From the NCBI GenBank assembly GCA_028873375.1, contig JAGWKU010000001.1, positions 11,763-75,762 on the forward strand: a stretch of DNA of 64,000 nt, in the 5' to 3' direction. A model generated the notes under the pieces. It did no database searches and was not told the DNA's origin. It saw only the letters and a list, made by a program, of their open reading frames with translations. Position numbers and translations under genes: made by a program. Source of the DNA: Verrucomicrobiota bacterium (GTDB lineage Bacteria > Chlamydiota > Chlamydiia > Chlamydiales > SM23-39). Below, one piece after another: positions 45,938-55,016 of this stretch. The stretch's first letter is position 1. Each line of letters opens with the position of its first letter.

Positions 45938-47320
45938 TCATTCTCTATTTCTTGACGAGAACTGGCTGCGAGTTTCCCAGTTAGCAAATCGTTTTTGCCC
46001 GGGGCCTTTCGTAATTTGTGTCGGTTCTCTTTGGTTTAAATTGATGAGAAAAAGTTGTCCTTCCTCTTCGTCATCCGTATTAAATACTAAGTGGAGGCTG
46101 TCGGGAGCCCATGCAGGGTTTTCTTTGTTTCCAGGTCCGGAAGTAAGCGGAATTTCTTCCTCTGTTTCAAAGTCGTAAATCCAAATCTGTCGCACGCCAT
46201 CGACTTTTGCGCTATAAGCGAGTTTTTTCCCGTCGGGAGACCACGCGGGAGATGTGTTTTCTCGATTTTTTCGAGTGAGTAGAAATGGATGGATGCGTTT
46301 AGTGTCTTTGGATGTAGTGACATCGATGAGATAGATGCGAGGAGGGCCATCTTTGTCCGATACAAAGGCGATTTTCTTGCCATTAGGGCTAAAGGTGGGA
46401 GAGGCTTGCGTTGCACGAGGGCAAGAATAGAGTTGTCTTGATTTGCCAAGAGGACGGCCATTTGGGTCAAATGTTTGTACAAAGAGATCGGGGCGGCCAG
46501 CTGCATCGGCAATGAAGGCCATTTGAGAGCCTTTTAAATTGATGGCGGGAAGAAGTTGATTGCCTCTCAATTCGATCACGCTCTCGGGTTCTCCATTTTT
46601 CAGAGATGTTCGGTAAATCTTCGATTGGCCTTGCTTGTAGGAGACAAAAAAGAAAGGAGGGTCGTTTAAACCCGCAGTGCTAGGATAGAAGGCAGGAGTG
46701 ATGCAATAGGCATTTTCAAAGGTGGCTTGTTTCGAGTTTGCGCCATCTGCATCGCTGATCCAAATGTCTGATAGCCAAGTTGATTCTGTATTTTTGATCC
46801 GTTGCGAGTAGATGATTCGAAGAGAGGCGATACCCTCTTCGCCGAATAGATCTTTGTGCAACTGGTCGGCTAATTTGTGGAGCTGCTTTCGATCTTCTTC
46901 CAATTTGCCGGTGATTAGGCATTCGGGATAGCGTTTGGAAGTTTCTTGATCGGTGTTGAAGGCAGTGAGTTGGAGAGCATTTTTTTGGATGCAAAGAGTG
47001 AGGACATACGGAACTTTCTGTTGTTTCCAGTGAGTGAGGTTGAATTCTCTGCGCGTATCTGGCCATTGGAATGTTTGCTCTGATTCTTCTCGTATATCGA
47101 GGACAGTGGCAAAGCCTCCTCTTTTCAGATCGAATTCGAGAATCGAGCGGAGTTCATCGAAATAACGCCAGTCGAATTGATTGGGATCTGTAGAGATGCG
47201 AGAGATATAGATGGGCGTTAAAGAAGAGGTCGTTTTAAGGAGAACCTCCATTTCTTGAGAGATTCCGATGGCGGCCCAGAGAAGAAGAAACCAAATTTTA
47301 TAACGCATTTTTAAATACAA
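45938..47320 (-). CDS. tolB: Tol-Pal system beta-propeller protein TolB
   Basis: GRPDLFVQTFD..., ATQASPTFSPNGKKIAFVSDKDGPPRIYLID..., ENTSPAWSPDGKKLAYSAKVDGVRQIWIYD..., NPAWAPDSLHLVFNT. Confidence 0.88.
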   Translation of the reverse strand: MYLKMRYKIWFLLLWAAIGISQEMEVLLKTTSSLTPIYISRISTDPNQFDWRYFDELRSILEFDLKRGGFATVLDIREESEQTFQWPDTRREFNLTHWKQQKVPYVLTLCIQKNALQLTAFNTDQETSKRYPECLITGKLEEDRKQLHKLADQLHKDLFGEEGIASLRIIYSQRIKNTESTWLSDIWISDADGANSKQATFENAYCITPAFYPSTAGLNDPPFFFVSYKQGQSKIYRTSLKNGEPESVIELRGNQLLPAINLKGSQMAFIADAAGRPDLFVQTFDPNGRPLGKSRQLYSCPRATQASPTFSPNGKKIAFVSDKDGPPRIYLIDVTTSKDTKRIHPFLLTRKNRENTSPAWSPDGKKLAYSAKVDGVRQIWIYDFETEEEIPLTSGPGNKENPAWAPDSLHLVFNTDDEEEGQLFLINLNQREPTQITKGPGQKRFANWETRSQFSSRNRE

Positions 47321-47945
47321 CGCTCAGTGAAGCACTTTTATTTAAGCACGGAAACTGTAGCTCAGGCAACCGCTTTTTTAAAAACTCTTCATTTTTTTCG
47401 TTTTTCGTCTCGAGAATTTCTAAACTGGCGACATGCCCTGCTGTATCGATGGTTAATCGAACTTTCACTTCCCCATATTCTGGGAGTTCTAAAGCATTTT
47501 GCAAAAAGAGAGCGATCGAATCAAAGTCAGTTTCTTTTTCTTCTTCATGAGGCGTGTTGAATTGAATGGTAGGAACCGCGATCGCTGATTTGGTGGAAGG
47601 GACGGGAGTGGATAGTGATTCGAGATTTTTAGTGATCTCTTGCAGTAAAGCATCAGAGGGAGGAGAAACAACAGGCGCGACTTTTTTGGGAACCGCTTTT
47701 GGAATTGCCTTGGTTGGTTGAGAAGTTGTCTTTTTAGGGGCTGGCTTTACAAGAGAAGAGGATTGGATTGCAACCGGTTGAGGAGAAGGGGCGCGGAAGG
47801 TGCGGACGGCAATAGGGCGACGGCGTGGGAGAGGGCGATCGATCCAATAATTTCCGAGCATGAGGATGACGAGAAGGGCATGGGCGCAAAGGACACCCAG
47901 TGTAATTTGTTTTCCGCGAGTAAGTGATCGAAAGGAAAAGCTCAT
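47298..47945 (-). CDS. TolA/TonB-like energy-transducing protein
   Basis: Single N-terminal TM, Pro/Lys-rich linker, C-terminal EYGEVKVRLTIDTAGHVASLEI; sits between exbD and tolB. Confidence 0.75.
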   Translation of the reverse strand: MSFSFRSLTRGKQITLGVLCAHALLVILMLGNYWIDRPLPRRRPIAVRTFRAPSPQPVAIQSSSLVKPAPKKTTSQPTKAIPKAVPKKVAPVVSPPSDALLQEITKNLESLSTPVPSTKSAIAVPTIQFNTPHEEEKETDFDSIALFLQNALELPEYGEVKVRLTIDTAGHVASLEILETKNEKNEEFLKKRLPELQFPCLNKSASLSVVFKNAL

Positions 47946-48367
47946 TCGTTTGGTTTTAACACAATGTCCATTTGCTCAAAACCGCATTGTTCGAGCACGT
48001 TTTTCACCGATTGGTAGGTACCAAAAGAAGCATTTCGGTCGTGAAGGACTTGGGGCGAGCGATGAGGGTATTGTTTTTTCTGTGCGAGAAGGATTCGCTC
48101 TAGTTCTTGCAAAGAGAGTTTTTTCCCACCCATCCAAATTGTGTTGTCGCCTTTAACGACGATGGAAAGTGGAGAATTTTCAAAGGCAGAATCTTTTTTC
48201 TTTTCGGTGCCCGCAGTGGCGAGGTTGACGACGTCGATATCGAGTACGGGAGCGATCAACATAAAAGAGATAAGGACGACAAAAACGACATCGATAAGTG
48301 GAGTCAAATTGACAAGAGGCTCTTCGGAGGTGTCTTCTTCAAAAGAAGCGCGACGCCAGCGCATCAC
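47942..48367 (-). CDS. ExbD/TolR family protein
   Basis: EPLVNLTPLIDVVFVVLISFMLIAPVLDIDVVNLATAG. Confidence 0.92.
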   Translation of the reverse strand: MMRWRRASFEEDTSEEPLVNLTPLIDVVFVVLISFMLIAPVLDIDVVNLATAGTEKKKDSAFENSPLSIVVKGDNTIWMGGKKLSLQELERILLAQKKQYPHRSPQVLHDRNASFGTYQSVKNVLEQCGFEQMDIVLKPNE

Positions 48368-49071
48368 AAGCCTCGGCGATATTGAATCTCTATCGCAGCG
48401 AGAAGAGCGTGGGAGAATTCTTCCATGTCCCGTCTCGTTTCTCGGCCGGTGTTTTTTAAGTAGCTATGTCCAACGAGAGCTGGGATGGCGATGAGCAATC
48501 CGAGAACGGTCGTTGCTAGAGCCATCGAAAGACCGGAGAGCATTGCGGCATTGTTCGTGTGAAATCCCGAAGGGAGTTGTGAAAAAGTCAGAAGAATTCC
48601 CCATACTGTTCCGAGCAAGCCGAGAAAAGGAGCTAATGTGACGATCATCGAAAGGACGAATAAATGTTTTTCTAATTTCTTCACGGCGGATGACATAGCG
48701 GTCATGACTTGCGATTCAATGAGTTCTAGGTCGGGCTCAGAAAGGCCTGCTTCTGGTGAGCGGCGGCTGATGAGCTGCAGCGCTTGTTGTTTGACGGCGC
48801 GGTAGATTTCAAAGAGAGGATGAGGCCATTCACCGATACGGCTAATCACGGGGCGACTAAAGTGCAAGTTGAGCGGATCTTCTTTTTTTTCAGAAAAGAG
48901 TTCGGAAAATTCAGCCGTGAGTCGTTTTACGGACCAAAATTGCCAGCCTTTGTATAAAAGGACGATCCAGCACAGTACCGAGAGTAAGAAGAGAGACCAA
49001 AAGATCCCCTTTCCAAACCAATCGGATTGAACATAAGCTGAAATGAATGGATTTGATGCTAACATAGACAT
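48364..49071 (-). CDS. ExbB/TolQ (MotA/TolQ/ExbB proton channel) family protein
   Basis: LFVLSMIVTLAPFLGLLGTVWGILLTFSQLP...SGLSMALATTVLGLLIAIPALVGHSYL. Confidence 0.92.
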   Translation of the reverse strand: MSMLASNPFISAYVQSDWFGKGIFWSLFLLSVLCWIVLLYKGWQFWSVKRLTAEFSELFSEKKEDPLNLHFSRPVISRIGEWPHPLFEIYRAVKQQALQLISRRSPEAGLSEPDLELIESQVMTAMSSAVKKLEKHLFVLSMIVTLAPFLGLLGTVWGILLTFSQLPSGFHTNNAAMLSGLSMALATTVLGLLIAIPALVGHSYLKNTGRETRRDMEEFSHALLAAIEIQYRRGL

Positions 49072-49165
49072 ATTCCATCAAAAGGAATAGTCTAAATGGA
49101 AGCAAAAAGTCAAGGTGGCTTTCACTTTTGTGTTGCATAAGTTTAGAAGTCAGCGATTTATGTGT

Positions 49166-49186
49166 AATGTAAAGCTGCTTTACATT
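49166..49186. repeat. Palindrome AATGTAAAGC-T-GCTTTACATT, upstream of tatD
   Basis: Perfect 10+1+10 palindrome in the divergent exbB/tatD region. Confidence 0.95.
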
Positions 49187-49196
49187 TGAGAAAAAT

Positions 49197-49961
49197 ATGT
49201 ACTGCGATTCGCATGCTCACCTAACCTCTCCTGAAGTATTACCGGAAGTGGATGCCATTCTCGAGCGAGCAAAAGCTGCGCGTGTAGATTGGATTGTCAA
49301 TATTTGCACTGATCAGAAGAGCTTGGAAGAGGGATTGAAGCTGGGGGAAAAATATCGGTGGGTTGTGAATACGGGAGCAACTACTCCGCACGATGTTGAC
49401 AGAGATGGCGAGCGAGATTTCCCGGCGTTTGAAGCGGCAGCTTCTCGTTTGGTTGCCATTGGCGAAACTGGCCTCGACTATCATTATCAACATTCAGAGC
49501 GGACGACGCAGCGAAAATTTCTCATTCGCTATTTGCAATTAGCGGCGAAAATTAAAAAGCCTGTGATTTTTCATTGTCGCGAAGCGTTTGATGATTTGTT
49601 TTCGATCGCAGATGCCGAATATCCGAAGGGAGCGCCAGCTATTTTGCATTGCTTTACCGGGACGATAAAAGAGGCAGAGGGAGTTTGGAAGCGAGGGTGG
49701 GCTCTTTCGTTGAGCGGGATTGTCACTTTTAAAAAAAGCGAAGAGCTTCGCTTAGTTGCGAAAGAAGCGCCGCTCGAGCAACTCTTGATTGAAACAGACA
49801 CTCCTTATCTCGCTCCGCAAAGCAGACGGGGAAAACCGAACGAACCTTCTTATATTATCGAGACAGCTGCCTGCATTGCTGCAGCGCGAAATGTTCCAGT
49901 GGCTGAAGTAGCGGCTGCCACGCGAATCAATGCTCTGCGGCTTTTTCAATTGTCAAATTGA
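49197..49961 (+). CDS. tatD: TatD family deoxyribonuclease
   Basis: YCDSHAHLTSPEVL, AIGETGLDYHY, PVIFHCREAFDD, LHCFTGTIKEAE, LIETDTPYLAPQSRRGKPNEPSYI. Confidence 0.92.
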   Translation: MYCDSHAHLTSPEVLPEVDAILERAKAARVDWIVNICTDQKSLEEGLKLGEKYRWVVNTGATTPHDVDRDGERDFPAFEAAASRLVAIGETGLDYHYQHSERTTQRKFLIRYLQLAAKIKKPVIFHCREAFDDLFSIADAEYPKGAPAILHCFTGTIKEAEGVWKRGWALSLSGIVTFKKSEELRLVAKEAPLEQLLIETDTPYLAPQSRRGKPNEPSYIIETAACIAAARNVPVAEVAAATRINALRLFQLSN

Positions 49962-49985
49962 TCGATTTCCTTTAAAAAAAGTCTT

Positions 49986-50774
49986 ATGCAACCTGCAGAA
50001 GCTCGCATTTCTAGCGCCTTTATTTGGCGGCGCGTCCATTCGTTGATGGGACTTTGGCTCGTCTTATATTTAGCAGAGCACTTGCTCGTCAATTCGCAAG
50101 CGGCGCTTTGGCTCGGTGAATGGGGACATGTTTTTATCCAAATGGTCAATTCACTGGAGTCTATCCCCTATTTGCCGGTGGTGGAAACAGTGTTGATCGG
50201 AGTGCCGTTGGTGATTCATGGAGTGTGGGGCATTCATCGCGCGTTGACAGCTAAACTTAATTCTTCGAAATCGGATGGAACAGCACCTTCTCTTCCGTAT
50301 GGACGCAATCGAGCTTTTACATGGCAGCGGCTCACTTCGTGGATTCTTCTGTTCGGCATCCTTGGGCATGTGATTCAAATGCGATTTCTCGAGCAGCCAA
50401 AGAAGGTCAATGAGCAATGGGTTGTCCAGGTGAGTGCAGATGAAAGACTTCCTCCTCTCGCTGAGAAATTGGGTGTCCAATTAGTTTCGGAAGGAAGGGT
50501 TGTCCATGCGACGGCGAATTCTCCGGGGGCGGCAATGCTTCTTGTAGTGAGAGACACATTTAAATCTCCTCTTATGATTGTTCTTTATACGATTTTTCTT
50601 TTGGCGGCCGCCTTTCATGCCTTCAATGGATTTTGGACCTTTTTGATCACATGGGGAATTATCTTATCGGCTCGTTCGCAGCGGGCAATGATTCCATTGA
50701 GCATTGTAGGAATGGGGCTTTTGACCTTTTTAGGGTTAGCAGCAATCTGGGGTAGCTATTGGCTAGTGAAATGA
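49986..50774 (+). CDS. sdhC: Succinate dehydrogenase cytochrome b558 subunit
   Basis: SAFIWRRVHSLMGLWLVLYLAEHLLVNSQAA...IHGVWGIHRALTAK; directly upstream of sdhA. Confidence 0.85.
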   Translation: MQPAEARISSAFIWRRVHSLMGLWLVLYLAEHLLVNSQAALWLGEWGHVFIQMVNSLESIPYLPVVETVLIGVPLVIHGVWGIHRALTAKLNSSKSDGTAPSLPYGRNRAFTWQRLTSWILLFGILGHVIQMRFLEQPKKVNEQWVVQVSADERLPPLAEKLGVQLVSEGRVVHATANSPGAAMLLVVRDTFKSPLMIVLYTIFLLAAAFHAFNGFWTFLITWGIILSARSQRAMIPLSIVGMGLLTFLGLAAIWGSYWLVK

Positions 50775-52648
50775 AAAAACAGGTGATTGTCGTCGGCGGA
50801 GGATTAGCAGGGTTGTCCGCTACGATGAAGCTGGCCGAGAAGGGATGTCAGGTAAAACTCGTCTCTCTGACGAAAGTGCGCAGGTCTCATTCGGTTTGCG
50901 CCCAGGGGGGAATCAATGTCGCTGTAAATCTCAAAGGTGAAGACGATTCTCCGTTGATTCACGCTTATGACACGATTAAAGGAGGCGATTTCCTTGGAAA
51001 TCAGCCGCCGATTTTAGAGATGTGCATGGCGGGCCCTGCCATTTTGCGGATGCTTGATCGGATCGGCTGTCCGTTCAATCGGACGATGGAAGGAAACATC
51101 GATTTTCGCCGTTTTGGCGGGACGCTGTATCATCGGACGGCGTTTTGTGGCGCATCGACGGGGCAACAGCTCCTTTATTCTCTCGATGAGCAAGTGCGTC
51201 GCTATGAAGCGCAGGGAATTGTAGAGAAATTTGAAAACCATGAATTTTTGCGCTTGATTCTCGACGAGGAAGGGGTTGCTCGAGGAATTGTGATGCACGA
51301 TCTTTACAACTTGCAATTGAGCGTGCTAAAAGCCGATGCGGTAGTCATTGCAACGGGTGGTCTTGGCGTCATTTACAAGAAGTCGACAATGTCGACGTTT
51401 TGTACGGGAGCTGCGAATGGACGTCTCTTTATGCAGGGAATGAAATATGCGAATGGCGAATTCATTCAAATTCATCCGACGGCTGTCCCTGGCAATGACA
51501 AGATGCGACTCATTTCCGAGTCGTCCCGTGGGGAAGGGGGACGTATTTGGGTGCACGGCAACTCTTCGAAACAGATCCAATTTCCCGATGGTTCCATGCG
51601 CTCTTGCGGGAAGACGGGAGAGCCGTGGTATTTCCTTGAAGAGATGTATCCAGCGTTTGGCAATTTAGTCCCTCGCGATATTGGCGCAAGGGAAGTGCTC
51701 CGCGTCTGTGAAATGGGAATGGGCGTCGAAGAAAAGATGCAGGTTTATCTCGACGTAACCCATCTGTCCCCAGAGTCGCAGCATAAACTGGATGCAGTGC
51801 TAGACATCTATCAAAAATTCACAGGCGATGATCCTCGCAAAAAACCGATGAAAATTTTCCCAGCGGTTCACTATTCGATGGGAGGAGCGTGGGTTGATTG
51901 GCCTGCAGCAGATGATCCCGATCGGATGACTCGCTTTCGGCATATGACCAATCTGAAAGGGTGTTTCAATGTGGGAGAGTCGGATTATCTCTATCATGGA
52001 GCCAATCGACTCGGGGCGAATTCTCTTTTGTCGTGCATTTTTGGCGGGTTGGTCACTGGCGTAGAAGTGCCGCGGTACCTCTCTTCGTTGTCGAAAAGTT
52101 GTGGGAATCTCCCGGAATCGGTGTTTGCGCAAGCGCTACGGCAGGAAGAAGAGCAACAGAGGGAACTTCTCCAGAGGAACGGGTCTGAAAATATCCATCA
52201 GCTCCACGATGAAATGGCCGATTGGATGGTGCAACATGTGAGCGTCAAGAGAGATAATCCGGGGCTGACCAAAACGATTGAAAAGTTGAAGGAGTTGAGA
52301 GAGCGGTGTCGGAGAATTACGCTTGACGATAGAGGCCACATTCTCAATCAAACGTATGTGTTTGCCAAACAGTTTGGCCCGATGCTGGAACTCGCCCTGG
52401 TGATTGCGAAGGGGGCGTTGCTTCGCAATGAATTTCGGGGAGCCCATTTTAAACCGGAATTTCCTGAGCGAAATGATGAAGAGTGGCTTAAAGCCACGAT
52501 CGCGACATATGATCCGAAAGAGCCGCAAATTTCGTATGAACCAATTGACATTCGACATCTCGACCCCATAAAGAGAGATTATACGCAGGCGAAAAAGGTA
52601 AAGCCCACTTTGAAAAACGTGCCCACTAACATCCAGCTCCCCCTATGA
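50771..52648 (+). CDS. sdhA: Succinate dehydrogenase flavoprotein subunit
   Basis: VIVVGGGLAGLSATMKLAEKG, RRSHSVCAQGGINVA, FRRFGGTLYHRTAFCGASTG, HYSMGGAWVDW. Confidence 0.95.
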   Translation: MKKQVIVVGGGLAGLSATMKLAEKGCQVKLVSLTKVRRSHSVCAQGGINVAVNLKGEDDSPLIHAYDTIKGGDFLGNQPPILEMCMAGPAILRMLDRIGCPFNRTMEGNIDFRRFGGTLYHRTAFCGASTGQQLLYSLDEQVRRYEAQGIVEKFENHEFLRLILDEEGVARGIVMHDLYNLQLSVLKADAVVIATGGLGVIYKKSTMSTFCTGAANGRLFMQGMKYANGEFIQIHPTAVPGNDKMRLISESSRGEGGRIWVHGNSSKQIQFPDGSMRSCGKTGEPWYFLEEMYPAFGNLVPRDIGAREVLRVCEMGMGVEEKMQVYLDVTHLSPESQHKLDAVLDIYQKFTGDDPRKKPMKIFPAVHYSMGGAWVDWPAADDPDRMTRFRHMTNLKGCFNVGESDYLYHGANRLGANSLLSCIFGGLVTGVEVPRYLSSLSKSCGNLPESVFAQALRQEEEQQRELLQRNGSENIHQLHDEMADWMVQHVSVKRDNPGLTKTIEKLKELRERCRRITLDDRGHILNQTYVFAKQFGPMLELALVIAKGALLRNEFRGAHFKPEFPERNDEEWLKATIATYDPKEPQISYEPIDIRHLDPIKRDYTQAKKVKPTLKNVPTNIQLPL

Positions 52649-53418
52649 ACCAGACATTTGTCCTTCACGTCTATCGCGGCATGCCGGGGAAACAGTACTG
52701 GGAAGATTTTGAATTGGAGATGTACCCTGGCATCAATGTGATTTCTGCATTGATGGATATTCAAAAAAAGCCCATCAATCGCGAAGGGAAAAAGACGACG
52801 CCGGTAGCTTGGGAACAGGGATGTCTGGAAGAGGTGTGTGGCTCATGCTCTATGTTGATCAATGGAAAGCCGCGGCAATCGTGCACCGCCTTGATTGAGC
52901 GTTTGATCGCTGACACGGGCTCGAGAACGGTTACTTTAGCCCCCTTTTCAAAATTTCCGTTAGTGCGAGATCTGGTTGTCGACCGGACGAAAATGTTTGA
53001 GGCGCTAAAAAAAGTGAGAGCCTGGGCTTCGGTCGATGGGACGTGGGATTCAAAGGAAAAAGGGCCGAAAGAGAGTCCGGAAGTGCAAGAGGCCCTCTAT
53101 ATATTATCGACCTGTATGACATGCGGCTGTTGTAGCGAAAGCTGTCCTCAGGTCAATGAGAGCTCCCCTTTCATGGGACCGGCAGCGATGTCTCAAATGC
53201 GGCTCTTCAATTCAAGTCCAGCAGGAGCTCTTGAAAAGCCAGAACGGCTAAGGGTTGCTTTGACAGAGGAAGGGGTTGCAGGGTGTGGCAATGCGCAAAA
53301 CTGCGTAAAAGTATGTCCTAAAAAAATTCCTCTCACCGAATCTCTAGCCTTGATTGGCCGCGAAGCGACAAAGCAGGCCCTTCGCGATTTCTTTAGCCTC
53401 CCAGATGCTCAAAAATAA
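52645..53418 (+). CDS. sdhB: Succinate dehydrogenase iron-sulfur subunit
   Basis: WEQGCLEEVCGSCSMLINGKPRQSC, CMTCGCCSESCPQVN, CGNAQNCVKVCPKKIPL. Confidence 0.95.
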   Translation: MNQTFVLHVYRGMPGKQYWEDFELEMYPGINVISALMDIQKKPINREGKKTTPVAWEQGCLEEVCGSCSMLINGKPRQSCTALIERLIADTGSRTVTLAPFSKFPLVRDLVVDRTKMFEALKKVRAWASVDGTWDSKEKGPKESPEVQEALYILSTCMTCGCCSESCPQVNESSPFMGPAAMSQMRLFNSSPAGALEKPERLRVALTEEGVAGCGNAQNCVKVCPKKIPLTESLALIGREATKQALRDFFSLPDAQK

Positions 53419-53427
53419 TTTTTGTTT

Positions 53428-53455
53428 TTCAATAAATTCGCAGGAGATGTACAGT
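53428..53455 (+). promoter_or_regulatory. Candidate sigma-66-type promoter (TTCAAT-N16-TACAGT) for the candidate ncRNA
   Basis: Hexamers at 53428-53433 and 53450-53455 with 16-bp spacing, placing initiation near 53462 where the RNA closing stem begins. Confidence 0.3.
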
Positions 53456-53461
53456 GTTTCC

Positions 53462-53630
53462 ACTCTGCTGTTTGGGATACTCTGGATACTGTATGCCCTT
53501 CAACGATAATCAATCCGTTTAGGGTCCCGACGCCAGGCTAAAGCCCGCGTGCTTTCCCTGGGAAGCGACCCGACTTATATAGAAACGGTTGACCGAGCTT
53601 GGTTCAGACCCCTCTCGGCGGAGTTTTTTT
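53462..53630 (+). ncRNA. Candidate structured small RNA or permease leader (rod-like fold with closing stem and T7 tail)
   Basis: ACTCTGCTG (53462-53470) pairs with CGGCGGAGT (53616-53624), then TTTTTTT; inner stems TCAA(t)CCGTTT/AAACGGTTGA, GGGTC/GACCC, GGCT-aa-AGCC, gctttcc/ggaagc. Confidence 0.45.
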
Positions 53631-53642
53631 CAGGTTTTATCC

Positions 53643-55016
53643 ATGACAAAGAAGATTCCTTTTTTCTCGTTGATCATCCTCATCATTGCGGCGATTGACA
53701 ACATCCGAAATCTCCCAGCGACAGCGCTGTTTGGCTCTTCACTGGTTTTCTTTTTTGTTCTGTCGGCGATCGTATTTTTGATTCCAATCTCGTTGATGTC
53801 AGCGGAACTTTCGGCGGCATTTCCGGAAAAGGGGGGAGTCTATCAATGGATCAACCGGGCGTTCGGTAAAAAATGGGCCATGGCGGCGATCTGGCTCCAG
53901 TGGATCAATACGATGGTATGGTATCCGACCATTCTCTCTTTTATTGCTGGAACGTTGTCTTATTTGATCGACCCGGCGCTGGCACAAAATAAGGCTTATC
54001 TTTTGTCGGTTATCCTCGTTATTTTCTGGGGATTGACATGGGTCAATTTAAAAGGAATCCACGTCTCTACGATGATCAATAACGTTTGCGCGACGATTGG
54101 TACTGTTGTTCCCATGATTTTCTTGATCGCACTAGGGGCTATGTGGTTCTTCAGTGGGAAGCCGATCCAAGTTTCTTTTACGCGCGATGCGATGATTCCT
54201 TCTTTTACTAATTTGACGAGCTGGAGTTCCTTAATTGCAATCATGGCTTCTTTTTTAGGAATGGAGCTGTCGGGCGTCCATGTGAATGACATCTACGAAC
54301 CGCAAAAGAATTTTCCAAAGGCTGTGTTCTTGGCGAGCTTGTTTATCTTCCTGACTATGCTATTTGGCTCTCTCTCGATTGCTTTTGTCGTGCCGACAAA
54401 TGAGATCAATCTGGTGTCAGGAGTGATGCAAGTATTTACGAGTTTCTTTTATGCATTTGGATTGCAGGCATTGATTCCGTTGTTGACGTTGATGATTGTG
54501 ATTGGTTCGACAGGGACGATGATCAACTGGCTCATTTCACCCGCTAAAGGGTTATTGCATGCGGCTGAATTTGGATTCCTACCTCCTTTTTTCAGTCGGA
54601 AAAACAAAGCAGGGGTAGCTTCGAATATCTTGATTGCTCAAGCGGTGGTTGTAAGTCTCGTCTGTTTGGTTTTCTTATTGGAGCCGACAATCAATGCTTT
54701 CTACTGGTTTTTGACGGCCTTGAGTACAGAGCTTTACATGATCATGTATGTCATGATCTTTTGCGCAGGGGTGCGATTGCATTACAAATATATTGATCGG
54801 CCTTCGACCTTCAAGATCCCAGGCAATGGATGGGGCATGTGGGCTACGGCTCTTCTGGGGTTGGTCGGATGCCTTCTGACCATTATCATCAGCTTTTTGC
54901 CGCCCGATACGATCATTACGACTCCAGGTCGTTATCTATCGATGATTTGCATCGGCAATTTAGTTTCGATTAGCCCGCTCTTTCTCTTCTATTGGTATCA
55001 ACGAAAAACTTCATAA
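53643..55016 (+). CDS. Amino acid permease (APC superfamily)
   Basis: LPATALFGSSLVFFF..., FPEKGGVYQWINRAFGKKWA, ELSGVHVNDIYEPQKNFPKAVFLAS. Confidence 0.85.
   Translation: MTKKIPFFSLIILIIAAIDNIRNLPATALFGSSLVFFFVLSAIVFLIPISLMSAELSAAFPEKGGVYQWINRAFGKKWAMAAIWLQWINTMVWYPTILSFIAGTLSYLIDPALAQNKAYLLSVILVIFWGLTWVNLKGIHVSTMINNVCATIGTVVPMIFLIALGAMWFFSGKPIQVSFTRDAMIPSFTNLTSWSSLIAIMASFLGMELSGVHVNDIYEPQKNFPKAVFLASLFIFLTMLFGSLSIAFVVPTNEINLVSGVMQVFTSFFYAFGLQALIPLLTLMIVIGSTGTMINWLISPAKGLLHAAEFGFLPPFFSRKNKAGVASNILIAQAVVVSLVCLVFLLEPTINAFYWFLTALSTELYMIMYVMIFCAGVRLHYKYIDRPSTFKIPGNGWGMWATALLGLVGCLLTIIISFLPPDTIITTPGRYLSMICIGNLVSISPLFLFYWYQRKTS

Noticed and set aside
53462-53630. SRP 4.5S RNA as identity of the structured RNA
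   Set aside because: The conserved apical GGAAGGAAGCAGC-type motif of SRP RNA is absent.
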